A stretch of DNA of 64,000 bases from Eledone cirrhosa (Eukaryota): assembly GCA_964016885.1 (NCBI GenBank), contig OZ024742.1:266724001-266788000 (forward strand), given 5' to 3'. Made by a program: the position numbers and the translations under genes. Positions 1 through 13,075 of this stretch are shown in pieces. Positions within the stretch are counted from its first letter, which is position 1. Each line of letters begins with the position of its first letter. The notes beneath the pieces were generated by a model that saw only the letters and a list, made by a program, of their open reading frames with translations, ran no database searches and was not told where the DNA came from.

Positions 1-25
1 TTCTTGTATCTTTTCTACTTTACTG

Positions 26-31
<6 letters not shown>

Positions 32-102
<71 letters not shown>
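32..102. repeat. (CT)n/(CTAT)n microsatellite
   Basis: Direct reading of the sequence. Confidence 0.95.
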
Positions 103-104
<2 letters not shown>

Positions 105-433
105 GTGTGTGTGTACGAATGTGTGGGTTTCTGGTCCCTGTGTGGATATTCGGGAGCAAAATTTGTGCAGAAATTTGTACTTACAGAATTCGTGGATAAA
201 AATGTTAGAAAGTGGAACGAATCGCCATCATTTACCCAGTATCCATTATATATAATATTTGTTACAATCCACAAAATTGAATACAAATACAGCACGCACA
301 GAATAGATAGGAGGCACAGCTGTCGTTCCGTTAGACAGATCACTTTGTAGGATAATTATTACTATGAATCTTTTCTCCCTTTTTCTTTCAATTTTCTGTT
401 TCGATTCAGTTTTTTCTTTCTTCTTTTCTTCTT

Positions 434-999
434 GAAATATTAACTACGATCAGGGATTAAAACTGCGTCGCAGATTTTGTTCGTCATGAGATGTTTACCT
501 CCAAAAACATTCCATTTACTTGTTTACACATTAGGTAAATGGAAATTTCATGAACCTTCTTAATAAATTGTATGTTGTTTTTTTCCAAATTGATCGTATA
601 CTTCTGTGTATTATATCTATAAGGTTCCAGGTGAAACACCATGACTATAATACAGTCCCTCGTTGGTCTAATTATTTTTTCTTGGAGGGTCGCAACAAGT
701 GGTTGTGTGTGTTGCTGTTGACCCTCGCAGAACCCTAAGAAAACACGTCCATACAGTTCGGCTACCCTAACACTTAGTACTTATTTTTTCAAGTTTGATA
801 CTTATTTTATTAATCTCTTTTTGTCGAACCACAAAGTTACGGGACATAAACGAATACAGATAAGGTTCATCATTATCATAATTTAATGCCCGTTTTCCCT
901 CCTTTACGATAGGCTTCCGCAATTTCCATCTACCTAGTGTGTAAATAAGTAAAAATAATTTGCGACGCGGTTTCAATCTCTGATCGTAGCTAATATTTC
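434..999. repeat. Imperfect inverted repeat pair (434-547 / 921-999), MITE or fold-back-like
   Basis: gaaatattaactacgatcagggattaaaactgcgtcgca...tttacttgtttacacattaggtaaatggaaatt matches the reverse complement of 921-999, with a ~35-bp indel. Confidence 0.65.
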
Positions 1000-1560
1000 T
1001 CTTCAATTACGTATGGAATGTTGTTCTGGGTATATCGATATCTATATATATAAAACAAAGAATGTCTGTGTATCTGTTTCCCTAAAACTCGTCAAGTACC
1101 CAACTGTTTTTTTACACATGTAATACGCATGGCCCTGTGAGTGTTTTGAGCAAAAAGAATTTTCAAATTATTTAGTCCTAGGGATCGAATTAGTGAAGTG
1201 GCCAATGTCTGTACATAATGAGGGAGTGAGAGGGGGAGAGAAAGAAACGTAGAGGCGAAGTGACGAAGTGGCTCTCTACTTCTCCTCCACCATCTCCCCA
1301 TTCGTCACAGCGTTTTTCGATAGAGGGGAGAAATGTGAGAAAGAAACAGACAGACTAAAAGAGGGGAATAGCGGGAGAGAGAGAGAGAGAGAGAGAGCGA
1401 CAGACGCTGTGTTTGATACATGATAGTAGAAGAGGGGAAGGAAAGCTATAACTAATTAATGTGTGCGTGTGTGCGTGCGCGTGCGCGTGTGTGTTCGTGC
1501 AGCGTTCCACTAAGAGTTAAATCTATTAACATGTGTGTGTGTGTGTGTACGTGCACACGT

Positions 1561-3793
1561 GATGAGGTCATGCAATACCAAGTTGGCCGTTACATCAGCA
1601 GCAACAATGCTTTCTGGCGTATTTTCGTCTTCCCTATACACCAAAGGCACCCTGCAATTGAACAGCTCGCAGTCCACCTGGAGAACGGTCAAAGGATGTA
1701 CTTCACTGACGTTAATGTTGCTCAAATGGTGGAGGAACCACGGGAAACCACCCTCACTGCATTCATCAAACTTTGTCAGGCCGATTCATTTGCTGAAGCC
1801 CTGCTGTATCCTCAGGTGTCGTCCTATTACACATGGAATAAACAACAATGGGTTCGCAGAAAGGCAGGTCAGCTTGTTGATGGACATCATGGCATAAATT
1901 TTGACAGTTGCCTAGGGAGAGTTTACACAGTGCACCCGAACCAGCATGAGTGCTTCTACCTCCGTCTTCTTCTACATGAGGTAAGAGGACCCCAGTCCTT
2001 TCATGACCTTAGAATTGCCAACGGTTCTATGTGCAACACTTACAGTGAAGCGCGGCCTGCTAGAAGACGGTGCGCAGTGGGATGCCACTTTATTCGAAGC
2101 TGTTGCATCTCAATCGCCTATGCGCCTACGAGCTCTATTTGCAGTACTGCTGCAAACTTGCGAACTAAGTAATCCTATCTCTTTGTGGCTCAAGTATAAA
2201 GGTGACTTATCCGAGGACTACAAACGTCAGGCGCAAGTGCAATACTCTGAGATGGAATGTACTAGCGACGAAGTCTTCAATCTAGCGTTGATTGACATAG
2301 AGGATAGAGTTGCATCACTCGGCGGAAATTATTTGCCCTCATATGGTCTTCCCCAAACAATCCGTACAGGTTCAAACGCACTTCCTACAGCTCTTCTCCG
2401 AGAAACGTCCTACGATGCTCTTACCAAGTACGTCCTTGAAACTGACCACAACTCCTTCCGGACCAACGCCGTGCTTACATTATTGTTGCCGACCATGTGC
2501 GCCACAGAAAAGGAGGTATGTTCTTTCTGGATGCTCCTGCAGGGACGGGCAAAACATTTTAAACGAGTCTCCTCCTTGCAAAAGTCAGGATGCACAAGGA
2601 AATTGCAGTTGCTGTTGCCTCTTCTGAATTTGTTGCCCGGTGGCAGGACCGCACATTCCAGTTTTAAATTGCCTCTCAATTTAACAACGTCAGAAACGCC
2701 TACTTGCAGCATCAGCAAGACCTCCGACCAGGGCCAAGTCCTAAAACGATGTCAGCTCATTGTGTGGGATGAGTGCACCATGGCCCATAAGGGAGCTCTA
2801 GACGCATTACACAGAGCTCTCAAGCACATCAGAAGCTGCCAAGATCCCATGGGAGGTGTTACGCTTCTGCTTTCGGGTGACTTCAGGTAGACTCTTCCCG
2901 TCATTCCCAAAGATGGGGTTCAAGCATGCCTAAAGTCCTCTCCTCTGTGACGCCATGTCAGGGCACTGATTCTTACAACCAACAAGAGAGCTCAATTACA
3001 CGGCGACCAAACGTCCGCGGAATTTGCACAGGACATTTTGAAACTTGGCGACGGCAAAATACCTCTGGACGCTTCAGGGGAGTTGGAAGTGTGGCCATTT
3101 TCGACCTCAGTTAATTCTGCGGGGGAGCTGAAAGACAAAGCGTTTCAAGATTTGAGAGACAATTACCAGAACCACGCATGGTTGTGTGAAAAAAGCAGTG
3201 CTAGCTCCAAAAAACGTCGCTGTTAACAAAACCAACGACCAACTACTGCACTCCCTTTCTGGTGTTCTTCACACTTACAAATCTGTTGACACGATGCCAT
3301 ATCCCAATGAAGTGGTGAACTTTCCGCCGGAGTTCCTCAATTCTTTGTAGCCCCCAAGACTACCGTTTCTCATGCTTCTCCTTAAAGTTGGCACCCCTGT
3401 AATGCTGCTGCGGAATTTGGAACCACCAAGACTGTGGAACGGCACACGGCTGGCTGTAAAAAAATTGATGGCACATGTAATCGAGGCAACAATCCTTTCT
3501 GGATGCGGAAAAGGTGATGGTGTCTTCATTCCGAGAATTCCTCTCATTCCCTCGGGAGCAGAAATTCCGTTCACCTTCCGAAGACTCCAATTTCGCTTTG
3601 GGTCAGTTTTGCTATGTCCATCAACAAGTCCCAGGGCCAGACTCTTTCTGTGGCCGGACTTCTTCTGGAAGAACCTTGTTTCTCCCACGGATAATTGTGC
3701 GTTGGGTGCTCTAGAGTGGGCAACAGGGAAAGTCTTTTCGCATTTGCACGCCGAGGAAAAACAAGAAACATCGTTTACAACGAGGTGTTGTAA
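1561..3793 (+). pseudogene. Helitron RepHel protein remnant (Rep C-terminal region plus PIF1-family helicase), frameshifted
   Basis: Motifs across frames: GRYISSNNAFWRIF..HQRHP..LAVHLENGQ, ECFYLRLLL, LLPGGRTAHSSFKLP, IVWDECTM, LLSGDFR, LKVGTPVMLLRNL..NGTRL, FIPRIPL, SINKSQGQTL. Several frameshifts and stops; no HUH motif. Confidence 0.93.
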
Positions 3794-3965
3794 ATGGAAC
3801 AGCGAGGAGATAGGTCCGTAATCACTATTTCTTTAGCCAGCCTGATGAGCTTTTAAACAGTCTCTTAACTAAAACGTATGTTTCCCTCGGTTAAAAGTGA
3901 TCGCCTTCAGAGAGGAACCCAGCTTGACAATCGGCGCGACAATTTAAGGCGGCTGAACAAATCGT

Positions 3966-4170
3966 GAACGCATGCAGAGTCATTCTAATGGCTGCCAATG
4001 AACGCAACTGAAGTCCTTTTTGCGGCCTTTGGAGAACGCAGTCAAAGTCCTTTCAAAGGCTGCAAGTGAACGATCAAACGGCCCTTTTTAGGGCCGAAAT
4101 TGTTGACGGCGACCCCTCATTTTTAGGGATGTCAGTGAATGCACACACAACCCTATTTAAGGGGCCCTAC
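3966..4170 (+). repeat. Degenerate 34-bp tandem repeat with internal hairpins
   Basis: GAACG at 3966, 4000, 4034 and 4068, and GAATG at 4137; hairpin CGGCCCT-TTTT-AGGGCCG at ~4079-4096. Confidence 0.6.
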
Positions 4171-4449
4171 TTGAAATTGTTTGACGGCTATCGCAATGGT
4201 AAATTCAAACCGTTAGCATCCGCTAAAACAGTGTTATAAGCGCTACAGTGTACAGACAGGTACGTTATCACTCTTCTTAACAAGCCCGGTTTACCTTTAC
4301 TTATTTTTTCTCACAATATTTGCTTCCTTTGGTTAAAGGTGAACACACACACGACCCTTTCTTAGCCCCATCCTCCTCCATGAAATTGGAAATTTATTTT
4401 GCTCACAAAAATTATTTTTTTTTTAGAACTCAGAATTGATTTCATCGTG

Positions 4450-5175
4450 TGTCCCAATTGAAGAATAAATTGAATTTAGAATAACACATTTCTATACAAC
4501 ATTTGTGGCAGAGCAGGTATCTCTTCATTATGCAGTATAACATTTTCTTTTAGCTGCCAGACCACTTTCGCCAGCGTTGTGTTAATTTTCATGTGGTGAT
4601 GCCTGAATAAGGAGAGGCGGAAGCAGAACCTTTGTTTATAGTCCTGGGCCATACCCACATATTTGTCGCGGGTTTCTGGCTGGTTGATGCTTGTGTATTT
4701 GATCACTACCTCGTATACTATGGACTTTACATTGCAGTATTAGTGTAATGGACAATCCTCTTTTTCTTCCAACAGTATCCCTGATCTTCATCTGGTTTGT
4801 TCTTTGTAGTCATCTTGCATCTCATGGATGGTGATTGAAGATTTTAGCGAACGGCGATTGAAGATGTTACTGTACTAATGTTGTAGGGGTAAAGTGCTTA
4901 TCAGTTAGGTCCAATAATTTCTTACCTACATTATGTTAAGTGCGAATGGAGGGGCGAACCGGATTATTTTTCTTTTCCTATTTCTATTTTTAAGAAATTG
5001 CAGGTGTTTGGAAATTGGTGTGTGTGAATTGGTTATTCCCATCCGTAGATCAATATTTATTGGCTGATGGGGAACAATTACATATCTAATTGTAATTATT
5101 CCCCATTAGACAGTGAATATTGATCTATGGATGGGAATAACCAATTCACACGCACCTATTTCCAAACACCTGCAA
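4450..5175 (-). mobile_element. Penelope-like element fragment (linker plus GIY-YIG endonuclease), decayed, with inverted duplication
   Basis: Minus-strand translation RKRKIIRFAPPF..NVGKKLLDLTDKHF; CPL..C..SIVY..KYVGMAQDYKQRF..H..NTTLAKVVWQLKE; hairpin at 4998-5175. Confidence 0.8.
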
Positions 5176-5349
5176 CCACACACACAGCAAGATGAAAGGA
5201 AAAAAACATAATTCCAAGGAAACTTTTACTGAAGACCTTTTTTTATTTCCCTTTCCCCTTACTGTTTCTTTTCTTCCTTCATTCCACTCTTTCTCTTCTC
5301 CATTCCTCCCTCATTTTCTATATTCTTTTAGTTTATTATTATTATTATT

Positions 5350-5543
5350 GTGGATTGGTAGAGGGTCAGACGCCATGCTTTGCAAGCAAAGAGTTACGGC
5401 CCTTTATTGTCTGATTTCAAATCTCACCGAGGTTAATTTTGCCTTTCATCCATATGAGGTCGATAAAATAAAGTACCAGTAATACACTGGGATAATTGCT
5501 GGCCTTGTGCCTATACTAGAAATCATTGTTATTATTATTATTA
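5350..5543 (+). mobile_element. tRNA-derived SINE with (TTA)n tail (diverged copy)
   Basis: Same family as 17922: degenerate B box, core GCCTTTCATCC..GGTCGATAAAATAAAGTACCAG, 3' GGCCTTGTGCC..AGAAA plus TTA tail; (TTA)n also on the 5' side. Confidence 0.9.
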
Positions 5544-5754
5544 TCGGTCTGTTCGGAAGATTTTTGCTCGCTCCCAGTAAGTCGCTTTATTTGCCTGTTA
5601 AAATTATTTGTTGTTAAATATTTCTTGTTGTGTAAGGGATATAAGCCCTTAGACTTTTCCATGTGAAGGGGAAAGTATAATGTTTGGGCCTTTTCGCCCA
5701 AATATTTGAACATTTTACTTCAAAAAAAATTGTTTAAAAAAACAAAAAAAAAAC

Positions 5755-7730
5755 ATGGCTGAGCCACGCACCCCCAGCAATATGTCTGCTGTCGTCTGAC
5801 AACGACGTAAAAGTTGAGAGGAGGGTTACAAACATTGTTACAACAGACACCACCACATACAACGTGAACAAAGACAACACAGAACACTAATTTTGAAAGA
5901 TTTACCACACCAACTAGAACAATAACAGCGTGAACCATAATACAGACAACAGAAAAAAATGACAACAAATGAAAAAAATGACAACAAATGCAACAACGAT
6001 ATGAACACCACTAACAAGAAAATAAACAACAACACCAACAGCAACAATACAAATTGCACCGAAAACAAGAACAACGGTGACACCAAAACACAACCAACTA
6101 CAACAGTGATAACAGCAACAACACCAACACCGTTCGTAGCAGTAGCAACAGCAACAACACCAACAACGAGACCAGTAGCGGCAGCAATAATGGTGCCGCT
6201 GAAAAAGGGGCCACTTCTTTCGCAGGTGTGGCCCGAAATATAGAAACAGTGCTAGTCACGGAGGAGGAGATGGCAGTCATAAGAGACATGGTGTTGAGAA
6301 ACGACAACAGAGTTTCCCTGAAACCCCCACCCGATTTCTTCAAAGACCCGCAACTGCGCACTGTGACTGACCGCACCGTAAGCAAAATGTGGCATCGGGT
6401 GGAGAGATCCACGGAGGCCCAAATCCAAAAGGCCTTGGGGTGCGTCTGGGCGCGCAAAACCCACATCACCCGAGGCAAAAAGTACGGCACAGTAGACGTA
6501 CTTTTCGCCACCCCCCAAGAGGCGAAGTCTCACTCTTTGGAAACACTAAAGAGTGAGGAGATAGTCTTGGTGCCCTCCTACTGCGGGCAGAAAATTGTGA
6601 GGGTCAAAGTGACACAGGTCCTGCCCGACGTGCCCATACCTTTGCTGGCCGCGTCTGTACTGGCTGGAATCGAGGGGAAGACCACCATGCTACAAATACA
6701 GAGAATGGGAAGAAAGAACTGGTCAGGAATAGGCATGCAAATGCTAATACAGACTGACCAGGAGTGCATCGAAGCCATCCCAGACATCATAGACCTCGAA
6801 GAAGGGCTCCATCTCCCTATAAGCGTGGAAGGAATGCGCCCAAAGTGCTATCTCTGGGGGTAGAAGGGTCACCTCAGGGCGTTCTTTCTGCAGAAGACAT
6901 CCAAGAAGAGGGCCCCCTCCTTCCGAAGCCTGATCCGCTGCTGCACAGAGCAGGGCAGGCAACAGAGGCAGAAGACCCTTCCATGGTGAGTAGGATGGCA
7001 ACGTCCGTGGAACCCATACCAAGGCCACGGACAACTAAACCAGCGGCAGCAGTGGCAACAGTCGCAGTAGCTACGCCGGCGGTAAAATCGCCGGAGTGGG
7101 CTCCACTACCATCACCAACAGCAGTGGAGCTCATGCCTCTTCCGGAAGCCGCGGGGTCCGACATGGAATGTGAGGCGGGAGGCAAGTGACAAACAGTCTG
7201 CCACAAAAAAGAAAAAAAGTAAAAAACCCTTAGCTTCACCCTCCAAAAGCGAAGGCAGATAAAAAGGGGTAAAGGCTGCAAGGACACTTGCAGCAACACC
7301 ACCACCATCACTATCACCACCACAAGCATCACCAACATCAACCACACTACCACCAGCATCACCAAAAACACCAACATCGCAAACACAACAAAACACACAC
7401 CCAACAGCAACAACAAGAAAACAGCAACAAAATCACCCCTCCCCCCAAAAAGTACACAGCCATAAACATGGCAAATAAAGAACTCCTACAACACATAAAG
7501 CAGCGCACACATCACAAAAAAAAACTACTACACCCCACCAAAACCAAGAACTCTCCCGACAAACATAAGCATCATTGAAATCTCAATAGAACATTACAAA
7601 CTTTTATAGCAAAAATTCTCCAACGCAGTTGGAGAATTCAGAGAGTGAGTTTATAAGACATCCTCTTGGAAACACCCTTGACCAACCAAAGGGACGGTTC
7701 TACTGTCCCTTCACCACACGACCAAAATAA
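5755..7730 (+). pseudogene. Tx1-A ORF1 remnant (low-complexity N-terminus, conserved core, zinc knuckle broken by a stop)
   Basis: ORF 6228-6863 aligns with Tx1-B ORF1 (QIQKALG.VWARKTHI.RG.KYGTVDV.F..VPSYCGQ..VEG.RP.C). Confidence 0.8.
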
Positions 7731-7766
7731 GTGATCCTTTCTCACTTACCCCGTTTCTCATCCAAC

Positions 7767-10700
7767 ATGGCCGTACTTAGAATAGGCAGTATAGATGTAC
7801 GTGGCCTGGGGTCATCTTGGAAGCAGGGCAACCTGCTCAGCGACCTCAGGTCACTAAACATAGATGTGGTGGCGATCAGCGATACCAGAATCTCCGAAGC
7901 ACGAGGCTTCGCACCGATCTTCGGCGGCTACGATGTATACGCATCTCCCAGCCGTCCAGGATTGGGGTGGGGTGTGTGTGTGTGTGGGGGGGGGGGGCGT
8001 GTTTTTTCGGAGAGACTTGGATCTCGCTATACGGGCCATCTTCCTGGACCCAGAAGGTAAGTCGGTGCTACTGGACCTGACCGGCAGCGAAGGCAATGCT
8101 TTCAGGCTAATAGCCGTCTACGCCCCAACAGGAGCAGGACGGCCAGATTTCTTCAGACGTCTAGATACCTTTCTTGGAACGTCCCGCTCTTAGTGTTAGT
8201 GGGTGACTGGAACGGTATCTTAGATGCACGCTGGGATTATATGGGGCTAGTAGACAGGACAGGAGGGTGTAAAAGCCTCAACAACCTGCTCAGACGTTTT
8301 GAACTGTCTGACAGGTATAGACTGGATTATCCGAATGTGCCAATGTGGACATTAGCAAACCGCATCGGGTCATCCAGATCGTATTTAGATAGGCTATTCT
8401 GTAGGGAAACAGATAAGGCTAGTGTAGGTTGTCCACAATTTAAAGTAATCGACTACACGGACCACAAATTTGTGATCTGTGAAGTTTAACTTAGATAGAT
8501 AGACTCCATAGGCAAGGGCCGGCTACTGGAAGCTGAACGTGTCGTTCCCGGCGCGCAAAGCTTACAGAGACCGGATTAGCGAATTAGTTAAGCGTGAGTT
8601 GACGGGTGCGATCATCAACAACAGGTGGTGGTTTACCATGAAAAGGGCTATTATAGTAGAATCGATAAGGTTTAGCAAAGGAGTAGTGATAGAGGAAAAT
8701 AGAGTAGAGGGAGAGTTAGTTAGAAAGCTAAATGAGGCTTTTAGGACAGGCATCGCAACCAATGTGCTTGCGGCGAGATTGGCACTCGACCAATTCTTCA
8801 ACGCAAAGCATGAAGGCTAAGGCACGAGGGGACGAAAGCCGTTCAATGGGCCCAGTGGTGGAGCCGCGACGTGGCAACAAGTCCACAATTCGGTCTTTGG
8901 CTGATCAAAATCTTAAACTCTGCTAAACGCAGAGTTTAAGATTTTGGCCAAGGTGTTAGCAAAGAGATTGGCACTTGTAGTCAGTGATCTGGTGGGAGAG
9001 GCGCAGATATACGCCATCCCGGACAGATCCATCTACGACAAGCTCCATCTCATGCGATACATCATAGAGAGGGTGGTTAAGGAACCTGGCACTTGTGGGG
9101 CCCTGATCAACTTCGATCAATCTAAATCATTTGATTGGGTCGACCATCGGTACCTGGCTGCGGTCCTCGATGCGGCCGGCTTCGGGCCCGTTTTTAGGGG
9201 CTGGATCGCATCGATGCATAGCGACATCTGCTTGATTATGAGGGTGAATGGTCACCTGTCACAGCCGTTCAGCATCATGCGCTCGGTCCGCCAGGGTTGC
9301 CCCCTCTCGTCCCTCTTGTACGTACTGGCTCTAGAGCCGTTACTACACAAATTGGAGACGATGAGGGGGGTCCCACGCGAACTGGGATGCGGGAGATCCG
9401 TGTCAGCTTACGCCGACGACGTCACCGTGGTGGTGTCGAGCACCAAACACGTCCAGATGCTCGGCACCACTCTCAAGTAATACGAGGCGGTGACATGAGC
9501 AAAGATAAAACCAGGAAAAGTCGGTGGGCTTGCAACTCGGCACCTGGAAAGCAAGTCCATACCGTCCGACAGCGTCGTGGGGCGCTGGACGGAAGGACCG
9601 GTTAAATTGCTCAAGGTCTGGTTCGGTCCGGACCTCCAGATGGAGAAAAACTGGAGCGAGGTGACGAGCTGGTTGGCCTCTCTCATCCAGAAATGGGCCG
9701 AGAGGAGGCTGTCTCTGAAAGGCCGAGCGGAGGTGGCGAATGCGTACATAACGTTCGTCATCTGCTACCGCCTGACACTCCTACCTTGCCCCGCCCAACT
9801 CTGACCAAAATGGAGCGCCTTCTCTTCCGCTTTTCGTGGAAGGGATGTGCTCTCATGGTCAGAAGATGCATTTGCTGTCAATACCCGTTGCGTGGAGGAC
9901 TAGGCATGCTGTGGCTGATGATACGCAAACATGCGCTGAGCCTGCGACATTTCTGGTCCTTCCTTGACGGTGAAAAGGTGTGGTCGCCGTTTGCCAGACG
10001 CGCTTTTTCCCAGCTTGTCTCCTTGACGGAGCTGCAGTCCTGGATCAGGAAAAGACCGAGGGATAGCGCTTGGAAGCTGGAATGTCTCAAGGCGCTCACT
10101 GCCCTCTACCGGCTGGGCACTAGATCGGTGGAATATCCACCTCGGCGTTCTATAGAGGGCTAGTGGAGGGAAAGAGCGACGACGCTCTCGGGGAGACGCT
10201 GTGCGTGGAAGACGATCAGCTGTTCGCTCTCTTCAAGACAACTTTCAGACCGGGGCTTATGGACAACTTCCAGAAATCTCTGGCCTGGCAGTGCTACCGG
10301 GGAGCGTTGCCGGTTCGGGATAAGCTCTACAGGCATGGAGGTGCTGTCAGCCGAGCCTGTCCGAGATGCGCGCAGGGCGACGAAACCTTTGTGCACGCAC
10401 TCGTTCAGTGCCCGAGGATTGTTGACTTGTGAAGCTATGTCGAACAGTTGCTGTCGCGTGTAGGGCGGATCCGGTTATCGACTGAATTCATTGTGAAGAT
10501 AACCCCGCCATCCTCCTTTAAAGAGGAGGACGGGCAGGCAGTTTTCATCTGCATGGTGGCCATGGCGAAAGAGATTGTGTGGTGGACAAGATTGAAAGGG
10601 TTGAAGACGGACACTTTCCTCTCCGGCCAATCCTGATTAACTTTTTCAAGTTTCACTTGAAGAGGAAAATCAGGGTGGAGAGGCAAGTGCTGTCTTCTAG

Positions 10701-10779
10701 TAAGTTTGTTGAAAGGTGGGTGAAAGTGGCAAGTCTGTTCCGAGTGAAGGCCCGATCTGAGTATACGCCTGTAGACTGA
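7767..10779 (+). pseudogene. Tx1-A ORF2 remnant (APE endonuclease, RT, zinc finger)
   Basis: IGSIDVRGL, VYAP, VGDWN, YLDR, TDHK, QGCPLS, YADD, CPRC..HAL..C; many frameshifts and a large internal deletion near 8905. Confidence 0.9.
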
Positions 10780-11058
10780 GGAGTGGGAAAAGTGAGAGAG
10801 GGCGCTTCTCTGATGGTCAGGGTGGCCGTGGTCTTCTGTGTGGTTTTCACCACGAGTGACCCTCGGAGGTTTCCCCATTCTTGGGAATTTTTGTTGTTTG
10901 AATTCTTTGGGATTTCTAGCCCGATTTTTTTATAACCTGTTTACACGACAAAAACCCACTTTGTATCATCCTGTACTGTCCTGTGCCGTCTCTAATGTTT
11001 TTCTTCGTGTCAGCCCCTATGGCCAATAAAGAAACCATTATTATTATTATTATTATTA

Positions 11059-13024
11059 CAGCTGCATTTATCTTGCTTTATGTTCATACGAGTTATCACC
11101 AAGTCACAACCAGTGACCTCAAGAGACAACAAGGTCCGCCATGTTCAAGAAAGAACATACATACTCACACATGCATCTTTAGGTGTTTAGACTTGATGTA
11201 CTTATATTGACAGCATCTTCCTTAGTATATGGGCAGTTCCCATTAGTACTATCTTTCGTATATCTCCTATACGCGGGTTTCCTGGGATTTGCGATAAGTA
11301 ATCATTAGACCCTTAGAGCGCCTACAACTACTGGTATTGTTTTAGTTCTCAATTTCCACATTTTTCCAATTTCTATCTCCAGGTCCTTATACTTGCTCAA
11401 TTTTTCAAATGTTTTTATAGATACATTCTTGTCTATTGGAACGGACATATCAATTAGCAGGCATACCCTCTTTTTAAAGTCCTTCAGTATTATATCAGGT
11501 CTATTTGCATCTATTTTTCGGTCTGTTTGGATGCTAAAGTTCCACAAGATTGAGATGTGATCTTTTTCAAGTATGGGAGGTGGTTGATGTGGAAGGTCAA
11601 AATGCTTACACATTATCCAATGTATGTATTGTGCGGCTCTGTCATGCCTGTTTAGGTATTCGGTTGGAGCTATGGGACTGCACATTGAAATTATATGATC
11701 AATGGTCTCTGGTTGTTTTTTTACATACACGGCATAATGGGCTGCATCCATTTTTTATTATGTTGGCTTGGTAGTTTTTTGTTGGCAGACACTGATCTTG
11801 TGCTGATATAATTAGTCGTTCAATCTCCGATTTCAGTTCTGAGGATGCCAAGCACTGATGGGTTAAAGTTTTGTCAACATCAGGATTATTAGCTCGTTCT
11901 GGGTATTTTCCATACAGAGGCTTTTCTTGCCATTTCTTAGCGAGTTTCTGTAGCAGTTCTTTCTTTGCAGTTACTTTTACCTGCTTTGCTTTTTCTGTGT
12001 TTTCCATTTCAGCAGTAAATGGGACTTCTGAAATTTGTAGTCCATTACTATATCTTTCGTAATGGAGTATGATCTTTTGATGTTTTCGTGTTTCAAAACG
12101 AGTTTGATCACCCAATCATGTAGATAATCCAATTGTTGCAGTTTTCAACGCAATATCTAACTGGATTAACCCACGTCCTCCTTCTTTTCTAGGGAGATAT
12201 ATTCTATCTATATCTGCCTTAGGGTGATGCATTCTGTGCATGGTTAAGAATTTTCGAATTTTTGCATCGAGCCTACGGATATCTGTGTTTGACCAGTTGA
12301 TGACATTATAACTGTAGGTTACTACTGGTATGGCAAGCGTGTTTATGGCATCGATCCTATTCCTTGCATTCAATTCTGTTCTTAAGATTGCTCTTACTCT
12401 GCAGTAACATTCCTTCCTTATCCTGTCCCTCATTGTCGAGTGCTTGATTCCGTCTCCTTCACAAACACATAGATATTTGTAAGTTTCCTCTTGATCAAGT
12501 TCTCTTATCACATTCCCCCGATCAAGATTAATGTCTGAACTTTTCAGCAGCTTTCCTCTGATGAACGTTGCTTTGGCGAATTTATCTAGTCCAAACTCCA
12601 TTTTAATGTCATCACTGAACTGCTCCACAGTGGATAATAGCCCTTGAAATTGTTCATCATTTTTTGCAAATAGTTTCAGGTCATCCATGTAGAACAAGTG
12701 ATTAATGGTTTTGTCATAGACTTTATATCCTTGTTTTGTTTCATTGAGCATTTTACTTAATGGTATAAGTGCGATGCAGAATAAAAGCGGTGATAAAGGG
12801 TCACCCTGACAAATTCCACAATTAATATTAACTTCTCCAGCTTGCAGTGATTTTGTTTCACTATTCAAAAGGAGTGTCGTTTTCCATGTCTTCATACTGA
12901 ATGACAAATACCTCCTGACAACGGGAGATATTTTAAAAATCTCTAAACATTTTTCAATCCAACTGTGTGGCAAACTATCGAATGCTTTTTTATAATCTAT
13001 CCAAGCAATTGATAGATTTTTGTG
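11059..13024 (-). mobile_element. R4/Dong-clade RLE LINE, family B, 5'-truncated and decayed
   Basis: [43 protein letters not shown] restriction-like endonuclease; TAA/TTA repeats at both ends. Confidence 0.92.
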
Positions 13025-13075
13025 TATTATTATTATTACTATTATTATTATTATTATTATTATTATTGTTGTTAT

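Larger units (their letters stand above)
1041..4200 (+). mobile_element. Helitron (rolling-circle transposon), internally deleted and decayed; 3' end not located
   Basis: A|TC 5' terminus TCTATATATATAAAA...CTAAAACTCG typical of animal Helitrons; microsatellite-rich leader; Rep C-terminal and PIF1 helicase coding remnants follow. Confidence 0.85.
5544..11058 (+). mobile_element. L1/Tx1-clade LINE, family A, near full length but decayed
   Basis: ORF1 remnants, then APE endonuclease, RT (QGCPLS, YADD) and C-terminal CPRC..H..C zinc finger; AATAAA then (TTA)n tail; (TTA)n also at the 5' junction. Confidence 0.92.

Noticed and set aside
3842-3880. CTGATGA hammerhead box; also a similar eroded motif near 27085
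   Set aside because: No stem II plus GAAA at 3842; the core at 27085 is too degenerate to support.
3966-4170. CRISPR-like regular spacing
   Set aside because: Units are contiguous degenerate repeats without unique spacers; eukaryotic context and no cas genes.
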